Below, piece after piece: positions 53,720-64,000 of a stretch of DNA of 64,000 bases. The notes beneath the pieces were generated by a model, which was given only the letters and a program-made list of their open reading frames with translations, had not been told where the DNA came from and did no database searches. The position numbers and the translations under genes are program-made. Source of the DNA: Chrysomallon squamiferum (taxonomy: Eukaryota > Animalia > Mollusca); contig CM022665.1 in the NCBI GenBank assembly GCA_012295275.1, positions 7,874,001 through 7,938,000 on the forward strand, given 5' to 3'. Each line of letters starts with the position of its first letter. Position 1 is the stretch's first letter.

Positions 53720-56395
53720 GTAAATATTTTAAAATGGGAAATAATTAACTTTCTGTTTCTTTTTTTTTTTTCACTTCTTTTTTGTCACACCTTGAATACT
53801 GGGAAAGAGATATAAATTTATGAATCACATAACTATATGAATGTGATTAAATTTATGTCCTAAATGTAACAAAGACATTTTAAAAGTACATCACACACAA
53901 CTGTTACATATTGCAAAAAAAAAAAATGTAATTATAACAATAAAATAAAATTATGTTACAAAATATTAACTCTTCTTAAACGTAAATGACTAACTAAAAG
54001 AAAAGACAGTATAGTACAGCAATACAAACAAAAGTGAGGAAGATATATATGATCAAAGTTAGTCTGCACACTTTTGACATAAAGAAAAATCAATGCCTAT
54101 AGAAATGGGGAGTGTGCAGCGATTAAAATCCATCTGTCCTTGTACAACCCCTAATCATCACACCAAGGCAGTGAAAGAGTAGATGTCTCCTTTTAGTTAT
54201 TCTTTGACACACTCTTCCCAATACCCCCTTTGAAATTGAATAACTTGTATTGTGTGTATGGCTGAATGGTAACAGGAAGAGTCTGTATGTTATCGTTATA
54301 TCCAAGGAAACATTTCAATTTTCTCAACTTGAACATTTCTTCCGGGTATTCTAAATACCATCTGTTCCTGCAGCAGAAGTTCTTTTGAGAAGTGAATTTT
54401 ACGATGGTAACAATGGAAAATTATTTGACAATGTTGGGCTTTTTGAAAAGTGGTTAAACGTACAGTTAAAGAGAAATCTACCAGCTGTTTCAAACTGCTT
54501 GGTGAAATGAAAAGACTAGAATGTACTGCTGGTTAAAGAAAACCATATCAATATGTATGTTTGTTTATTATGCAGTAACATGTGTTCTTTACGCAGGTTT
54601 CTTTCAGAGCCAAGTCTTTTCTGTTAATGGGTATTATTAATCTTCAGCAACAGAACACTAATATTTTAGGGTTTTATTATTATAGTAACTGTTTTTGTGA
54701 TTTTTTTAGGAGTGAGTTTCCTAATTTATTTTAAGATTCATTTATTTATTCATTCATTTACTTATTTAGTCTTCTTTCATTCATTTATTCATCTTTTTTT
54801 AAATTAATTCATTATTTTATGCAGAACACTGTACAATAATATGTTGAAGCCTAAAGCCCAACATAGCAGTTTCATTTAAAGACACAGTATTTAGTACACA
54901 ATCACATGTAAGTTACTAATTATACATTGAGTATTCATGAAATTTTGTTTTAAATTTAATTTTTTTTCTTTTAAAAAAATATTCATAATTAAATGACATT
55001 TTGATACAAGCAAATGAATATGGATCAAATAACTTATTATTTTTTATAAATATCTTCTTTTTTTGTTTTTTTTGTGGATTATGTCTTTCCATTTCACTCC
55101 ATTTTAAGTTCCAAAATTTTAACTTATTGAATAACTATTCAAAGTTCATGCATGAGTAACCTCATGTATTTGTTCACTCTTGTGTAACATTTTAATGTTT
55201 AATAACTCTCAGCACTAATTATCTTTGTCTGTGTTGTGTTTGATGTGCCAGGTTAAACTCATGTTGTAAAGTTTACTGTCAAATCTCACGGGATTCATAT
55301 GAACTCACAAAGTCTCCACCTGTCATATCTATTATTCACTGTTAACAGAGTGAAAATTATCTTTCAGTCATGATTAGAAATGTCAATTATGAGAATTAAT
55401 ATTTTAAATATATTAATATAATTATTTATTTATTTTATTTTAAATATTTCATTGCTTGTGATGGTACTATCATGAACATTATCATCATCATCATCATCAT
55501 TATTATTATTACTATTATTATTACTATTATTATTATTATTATAAATTTGTAACACTATGTGAGAATGTATTTCTCTACATTATGTATTTTTACAGATCTT
55601 ACACATAAACACAACAAACTAATTTACTATCTTGTATTTTTATTAAATCAGTGCTAGCTTCTAATGCAACATGAAAATTAAAACGCTCCCAATCATGATT
55701 TCCATCAATACTTGATTGTTTACAATTTGCATGAATCATCACTCCACTGTAACTGATATTCTAATCATGAAGTTTGCTTTAACATTAAATGCCATGAAAA
55801 ATACCCATAACTAAAGGTGGACACAAATGAATCCATTGTCACAACATTGGTGACCAACAAAGCGTTAGAAAAAGCGAATTGCTAACAAAGCATGAGTCAT
55901 TCTTATTATTACCAGATCAGGTATCCAGCTTGATTAACAACAGTGAAAACAGCATCCTGTCATACACTTCACACTTCAAGTGAGCAGGTGCTAATCATGG
56001 GATTACAAATACAGTTTTTATACACCAACAGTTTATTCTGGAGTTATTAACTGCAGAATAGGCTTTTGTGTTTGCTAATGATGTGTTATGTAATGTTCTG
56101 TTGTGTAAATATAATTTATGGTTTGTGTTTGTGTGTGTGGTTTTGTTGGAGTTTTGGATTATTGGTGCATACTGTTACCTGTTATGAGCCTAATTTGCTA
56201 AAATACCGTACTTTGTAGTAACAAAGCGTGTTTGTTTTTTCTCATGTGTAATCTGTAGCTTGTTTGTTTGGGGGAGTAATTTGTTGAGTTTTTAAAAATA
56301 TTTTTAAGACTTATTTATATATTTAAAAAATTACATATCACTTTTGACAGTGAAACTTGTAAACAATTATCATTATAATGAATATTTCTTAATAT

Positions 56396-56525
56396 CTGGG
56401 ATAGCTCAGTGGTAGAACATCTGCTTAAGTTGTAGTTGATTATTGGATGAGTCCCTCTTGATAAACCCACTGAGCTATTTCTCATTTCAGTTAGTGCAGA
56501 TAGCCTGTCTGTGGTACCATAAAAC
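56396..56525 (+). mobile_element. tRNA-derived SINE 5' part (truncated)
   Basis: Pol III A box TAGCTCAGTGG at 56402-56412, degenerate B box ggatgagtccc, then gctatttctcatttcagttagtgc and cctgtctgtgg; no complete cloverleaf. Confidence 0.75.
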
Positions 56526-57325
56526 ATAAAAAAACATAGACTTTTAAAAAATTTTTTTTTACTAATTTCAAATACTTACTAAGAGTTTCCTACATATAAA
56601 AAAAACCTAAAATAAATTGAAATAAAACAGTTTAATCTCTAAGCTTGTATCATCTTAACAATATATTTGGTGGTTACATATGTGTGAGATAATTAATATG
56701 AAAAATATTTTTCATTAATGAATTAGGATCTGTTCAGTATCAATTTTTAATTAATAAAGCTTATAAAAATGAATTGGGTCTCCATCCTTGTATCTAATCC
56801 TATTATTGCATACTGTTGTATGGCTGTTAATTAATTAACTAAAGATTAAAGTGTCTGCCATTGATTAATGTGGCCTAATAAACTTTTTAAAAAACAAAAC
56901 AAAAAATGAATTATCCAAAAAAATAATGAAATAAATGAATTTTTGTATGAAATAAGATAAATTGGCATTTGTATTCAGAGTTTCATGTCTTTTTGTGCAA
57001 CAGCCAATCAAATGACTGTATTTTAATATAATTATATTATGATATAATTATGTAGAAGTAATAAAATTGTATTAAGCTGATCAGCCACTCAGACAGTAAT
57101 ATCTGAGGCAAAACAATTTTTAATAATATATATACTGTATTTATCCTTTTCTCCTTATTTAGAATTTTCACTAGTTACAACAACAAACTGAAAAGAAAAG
57201 AAGTAAAAGTAAATAATAATAATGTTTTGATTCTTACAAAAGGAAGAAAATAATAACAATACACCATACAAAGTTCACAAATCTCATTTAAAATGATCTT
57301 TTCCTGCTTTTGCAGTCCAAAAAGG

Positions 57326-57397
57326 ATATCTTCCTCTTTTTATGGTATAATATCTTCCTCTTTTTATGGTATAATATCTTCCTCTTTCTATGATATA
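57326..57397. repeat. 24-bp tandem repeat, 3 copies
   Basis: Unit atatcttcctctttttatggtata, nearly perfect. Confidence 0.95.
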
Positions 57398-59411
57398 TTA
57401 TATCAAATTTCAGACTGAAATAAAGTTTATTTTTATCTTCTCACTTATTATTTTTTCTTTATTTCTTTATTTACTGTATATTTGTTCTTAAAAACAACTA
57501 TTGAAAACCCACAGTGAAAAATTAATCACATTGTTACAGACATAACAACTGTCAATAAGAAGACAAAGGGAGATGACCAGCCACCGATTTGCTGAAATTA
57601 ATTTGCCTCAGATTATGAAAATCTCTGAGGCTTAACTAATATTATTGTAAGTGAATTAATTCAAAGATCAAGAGTCACTGGATGTATTAAATGAATTCCC
57701 AGGTGTGAGCAGGTGAACAAACATGGTGAAATAACTGATTGTATTTCAGTGACTCCCATCTGTTAGAAAACAACACTCAGGTTATTTTCAGTTCACAGTT
57801 AATAGTTTCTTGGATTTTTAATTACCCCATTGTTTGACACTGCCAAAAAAAAAACAAAAAAAAAAACATCCAAAATCAAACATTTGTTATATGTATTTTG
57901 TGTTTGTGTTGTGTCTTCTTGTTTTATTTGTACCTATAGGTGGTGTGTACATACATAAAGATGGACAAATGTATGTATGGACTGATGTATGGGTTTAGGA
58001 TAAATAGACTCCAGACATGTGTTTATAATAATTATAACTGTTACCATAGAATGCCTGAGTGTGATATGTAACTAAACTGTAAATTTAAACTTTGATGTTG
58101 ATCTGAATTCTTGGTTCTGTTCTGTTGTTTTTTTACACTTCTTACATCATCATTAATTCTTACCTTAATTTAATAGCTTAACTGATATAATCATTTAAAA
58201 AATGAAAACTTTCTTCAGATTTTACTTTAAGCTTTATCTTAATATTAAATGACAAAAGAAAAAAAAAATCTGTTTAGAAATGCAAAATTACTGTATTAAA
58301 CTCCAGATTATAATGATGTACAAACACACAATGGCTGTCATAGAACTAAAAGCACAGGAGAGTTTATGTAAACAGAATATTAATTTTCACTTTTAATTGA
58401 AGCCTCTTCATTTCATACAGCTGCCATTCTACTGAAAATAACCCCCAAAAAGTATATTTGATTATGTTGCAATCAATAATAATTCAGATATTAAGAAATA
58501 CTTCTCACAATGATGATGATGTTTAAACATGTCACTGTTAAAATATACCAATTCATTAGACAACTGATTATATGACACATGTCTGCTCACTTACCCAGAA
58601 TCGCCAGTGCACTGATGAATTAACCCCTCTTAGAAAATACATTGATTTCACCCTGTGATCAGCCAACCGATACTCCATGTATAGATGAGGGGATGCTGGT
58701 AATTGTCCATGCACAGGTTCATAGTTTAAAAAGGGATTTTTATTCATTTGGTTGAAAAGAATGGAGTTTTTTTTATGGGTCAGGTGTTTTGTCGTCTGTA
58801 TCTCAAATTACACAGTTCTTTCTAGCACTGATAGGTTCTTATTGACAAAGGTGAATATTAAACAGCAACACTTAACAAAGACTGCTGATAAAATCCATAC
58901 AGCTGGACAAGATTTACAATATTCTGTTAAAAGTGAGGACAATGGAAATGAAATGAAATACAAAATAAAAAAAAAAACTGACTCCAGAAATGAAAAAGAA
59001 TGACTCTTAATAAAATTAAATGAAAAGTTAATTTATTGCTATTCTTCAAAGGTATTAATACAGTAATTGAAAAAAAAAAAAAAAAGATTTCAACCAGATT
59101 AGAGTTTATATCAAGTTTCTTTTAATGATGATGTTATAATTGTCAATGTCTTTGTGAACCATTTATTTCGGAAATTGTCAATTGACTTGTTTTAGATTTA
59201 AAATGATTCACTAAAATATGAGACACTCCCTGCCACGTGGTCATTGACAGCGTTGTCACAGTTAGTCACACACATGAATGAATATGAAAACAATAGTTAG
59301 TCATCACTTGTAGTAGTCTGAACAAAGATGTTTTGTTTCACAGGGAAACACTGCACTTTTTAAGTAAAAGTAGTCATTCAGTGTGTATATGTTGTCTTTG
59401 TTGTTGTTTTG

Positions 59412-59462
<51 letters not shown>

Positions 59463-59485
59463 ATTATTATAATTACTATTACTAT
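59412..59485. repeat. (TTA)n microsatellite
   Basis: Directly visible; explains the poly-Asn ORF 59304..59537(-). Confidence 0.95.
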
Positions 59486-62400
59486 TTCTACTGGTGTTAT
59501 TAATATATTGTAAAACATACATACACTTCAAACACATAATTATATATGTATATATTGTTACATTTATTAATCTAAACTATTAAATATCCATTTCTTTCAG
59601 TAAATTAACTTTCACTGATTTAGAAATTATAGATATTCTATAATGTATTTTCATTTTAAAAGCAAATTTTAAAATGCTGCTGCAGTTAAATGCATGATGG
59701 ACCAGTGGATGGATGGATGATGGAAAGACAGAAGGACAGATCAATAGGTTAACCATTATATATAGTCAGTGCAGCAACATGCTTTGCGTGGGAATAAGTT
59801 ACAAAAATAAAATCAGCAAATTTGTTTTATTTTTAATACTGATGTAAGAGCAGAGATTGGAGTTCATATCAGTAAATTATTTGGCAAAACATTTTTATTC
59901 CCCGCTGCAAGTGAAGTAATCAACAGTTCTGCAGTGCGATGAAATGAGATGCACTGGGAAGTGAGACATTAGGTCAGATTCCAACAACTTGTTTCTTTCA
60001 TGTTGGCTGCAGAATCATCGCTTCATTAAAATCACATCTAGCAGATTTAATTTGTCAAAATATTTAATGTGATGAAAGTGCAGTTTGTGATTGTTTTTTG
60101 TGTAGATAAATGAGAATGCTATACTCTTTTAACTTTGATGTTTTTACATACTTCAGATTAAAACTTTGTATCACTGGAACCCACTGTAAATGTTTTATTT
60201 TTTTTATGCTTTATTTTTATTTTTATTTATTTATTTTTTTATTTTATTTTATTTTATTATTATTATTTATTTTTCTTCATAGTTTTACTGTTTAGTGATT
60301 TCTGTAATGGAATATTGTATTAATTTAACTTTTTATTTTATTTATGAATAATATGTACATGGGAATATTTTAACTGATTTTTTTTTAGACTTGCTTCTCT
60401 CTCTCTCTCTCTCTCCTGACAATTTCAGTTCAAATGATAACAGTTTTTAAATGTTTTGTTATTGTGCTTTCCATTTAATTCTAGGTTTAATTTTTTTTTA
60501 TATATTAACTGATTTTACAGTTTCAATTGCAAAAAACAGTGTTTCTAGATCTGGTTTTATTCTTGTCTCATCCTTAATTCTGTATCATAAATTTCTTTTA
60601 TTTTGACAAAATTTTAATATTTTATTTTCATGTGAGAAGATTGTTTTTAAATGTGTCAGTGTACCCATTTTAGCATTCCAGATGAGAACTTTATAAAATT
60701 TCAACACATCTGAGAATTTCATAAACAAATATTTTTCGTGTTTATTTTCATGAAAACTATGCCCTCATTCCACTCATTATTCCCACAAACAAAAAACTTT
60801 CTCTTAGTATAAATGGATGTTGAACTTGAATTCTGTTTATTATTTCTCTATTTTTTAATGACATTTTAGTTTTATGAAATTATATTTCTCTTTGAATTTA
60901 AATATGATATCTATCGACCCCATTTTAATTCATTCAGACATTTTTATTTCTGAGAAATTCTTTTTTTTTTCATTAGTGAATTCTTTTTTTTTTTTTTCTT
61001 AATTTTGTGACAGTATCCTTCACATTCATAAAAGTTTATTTTTTTATTCTGCAAGATAATTTAAAATTTTTGTTCATATCTAGTTGTTTTTCGGGGTTTT
61101 TTCATTGGTTTTCCCTGTTTTTTATTTCTGTGAATTATTTTTTTCTTTTCAATTCTGCAAGATCCTATTTCCCTGTTGACAAGTGCTGTTTGTGTATAAA
61201 CAGATTTTGGACTGCATGATTCCATGAAATCCGTTTTCAGTGTTTATCTGATATTTGGCTGAAAGAAAACTGAGTGTTGTGCACTAATTTGAAAAGTCAG
61301 TGTTTTATTGATGTAATTTCTCGTTTCTATTAATGTTTCATGTTCTGATGTAAGAAGTCAGTTGTATGTATGATTAGGCAGCAAGTTACTAGCTGTACAT
61401 CATTTTATGTCAGAATATGAACTGAGTAGAGATGCCACAGGCAGAATAAGAGAAATAATTGTCCAGGCTATTTCTGTTAATACAATCAGCAAGTTCTGTT
61501 TGATTAATCAGTCAAAGATGACAAGAAATCAATTAGATTTTCAACATTTGTTAATCAACTTATTTATTTATTTTTATGAATCAAATATTCCCTTAATTTT
61601 TTTTTTTTTTTTTTTTTTTAGACAGCATAAATACAACGTAAATAAAAGTTAGATTTTGCTTGTTAGTATTTTAAAAGTATGTTGATATTAATAGGTATAG
61701 TAAAATCAATCTATGTATTTATTTATTTTGTTGTTGTTGTTGTTGTTATTATTATTACATTTCAGTAGAGAAAGAACAAAAGTGTAAAATAATTTTAGAC
61801 AGATCACATTAATACACTATTTTAATAAATAAATATTTAAATTTTGGTATCTTTTTTGTGGTCTTTAGGTATCTATCCTATCTCTGAAAACTCAAATGTA
61901 AGTGATATTTGGAGAAATTTAAGACACGTTTAATATTTCTTTATTTATTTAATGTTTTTAATTTTGTGGTCATTTCTATAATAAATATTAAATTTTAAAT
62001 TATTACTGTACTGTAAGAAATTAATTCTTACTGATAATAATTATCTTCATACATTTAATATTATTTTCATGTTGGAAAAAGTTAATTTTATTATTTTTCT
62101 TTAATTTTAATTATTGTTATTATTATTATTATTATTAAGATAAGTTTTGTGAAATTAATATAATTTAGCATAGTTAAATGTATTTTGGAGATATCGTGAT
62201 TTTGTAATTGGACTTAATCCTAATAGTTACTGGATACATGGACAGTGTTACTCACCAGCCAATCAAGATGGTTGTCTCTGGCGCTAGTATTCAGAGAATG
62301 AAATAATACATTAACAGAGTTCCTTCATTAGCTTATCAAAGCTAATAAGGGACCACACACCTAAAACTTCAGTTAGCCTGCTGAATACCTGTGTGTTAGT

Positions 62401-64000
62401 TTTCTTAGATCAAACCTAATAGGTGAATAGAAGATAACTGTAAACATTTACTTCACTAACCTAAAAACACAGGTGTCAGCCTAGATTTAAAAATAAGAAC
62501 TAGTTACTCTTAATTTTGCTGGGGTTTTTGTAAGATCATGATAACTGTGGAGATAAATTATGATAAAATTAAGCTTATCTTAATTTTTCAGTAAAAGAAA
62601 GTTACCAAAGTCTGATTACAAATGTAAATACATCTGAAGCTCCTAGCAGCAGACGATTTTAGTACCGTAATATATCTTTTAGTTGTTAGATCATAGTAAT
62701 CATTATTTATGGTTAGTACTTGAGAGAGAAAAAGACTGATGTAGTCTGTTGAGAATTAGAGTAATTGGCATATTACCAGAAAAGGCTTACAATAAAACAA
62801 ATTGGTTAGCAAATATATTTCCCAAATGATTAAACAAGTGTTTAGGATTTTGATACCAGAGTCATGTGGTAAATGTGAAATGCCTGTTGCTGAGAACAGT
62901 GTATACCAAGAGACCAATTATCTGCCAGACGAAACATCCAGGGAATCTCCACTGAAATAGTAGATGATGAATAACAATTAAACTGTCAATAATTCTTATC
63001 CCATATATATCACACTACATCTGTGTGTGCAGTGCAAAGACAATTACATCATGATTTATATTCAACCATAGCCCACGTACTTTACTGTGATCAGTGTCTT
63101 TTCTACATGTCTAGTAAACAGCAGCCTATCAGTTGTTTTTAAAATTTCATTATTTTTTAAATTTAAAAAATAATGAAATTTTGTGAGTTCTAATTTTTGT
63201 TTTATTTTTATACCAAAAAAGCAAAAACAGCAGTAATTTTTAATTTTTAATTTTTTAAAGAACTTTAGAAAACCAAAAATTAAAAGTATATAAAACACAT
63301 GGCTCATTAATTTCATTACGGTTTGTTACAATCGAATCAATTTATTTATCACCAAAGATATTACAGCAGTCTTTATTACATAATCTAAAGTGTATTCTCT
63401 GGTACACTGAATCAGTAATCATCTATATATATCTTCTGCATTTCAAAGTGTAAGTTTTATTTGAATTGTGATTCAGTATTTGATGATAATAATTTTTCAA
63501 AAAAATAACAAACTCATAATGGTGCATGGAAGTTGATTTTATTATCTATAAAGAAATATATTTAAAAATAAATATATAAAAAATATCCCAGTAGACTGAT
63601 GATAAATCACATATCCAGTGATGTATTCTATTGGGTTAAAAAAAATAATAATAATAAAGGAAGGAAGAAGTTAGTTTATAGCTAATAAGAAAGAGTGAAA
63701 ACAGCCTTGAAGTTTAAAAAGTACATTTTAATATAATCTATCTGAAATACTTGTAAGTTTTGAAAACATGTTCTTATAATTTGAACATTTTTTGCTTATG
63801 GCAGAGTTTAATTTGATAGCAAGAAATGGCTAGCACTATAAATACTTTCACTGATCAACCAGTTTAATTTAACAGCAAGAAATGACTACTGTTCAAGAAG
63901 CTAGTTCAAGTACATCACACATGTTCACACCAGTATTATGATTAAGTGCAGAGAGGTGTAGGAAAACTTTTCATTGATTTGTTATCACATGGAAGCTGTG

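Noticed and set aside
56396-56470. tRNA gene
   Set aside because: Only the A box is intact; the acceptor stem and T arm are degenerate and the sequence continues into SINE body.
57096-57630. 12-bp inverted repeats (atctgaggcaaa / tttgcctcagat) as MITE ends
   Set aside because: Too short, no target-site duplication seen, and no second copy in the window.

Overview
Very AT-rich, intron- and microsatellite-rich animal genomic DNA. It is most likely molluscan (gastropod-like), judged from degenerate tRNA-headed SINE copies whose core I recognise from memory as the Meta-SINE type; this was not searched. It is not prokaryotic, and most ORF-track entries are microsatellite or low-complexity artefacts. 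Contents: (1) 289-3546 (+), the last three exons of a TPR-repeat gene with one frameshift and one in-frame TGA. (2) About 6.0-11.1 kb (+), a single-pass membrane protein gene whose lectin-like ectodomain exons are decayed while the Ser/Thr stalk, TM and tyrosine-motif-rich tail exons are intact. Read from Met 7920 it gives a 406-aa protein resembling a LAT-type transmembrane adaptor; this is the most interesting item. (3) About 13-64 kb, a CpG-depleted, almost entirely non-coding stretch that looks like the long 5' introns of a + strand gene, with a signal-peptide exon at 48016-48079. It also holds candidate antisense exons, SINE relics, minisatellites and E-box-rich islands. No rRNA, true tRNA, CRISPR array or recognisable miRNA was found, and no gene symbol could be assigned with confidence.
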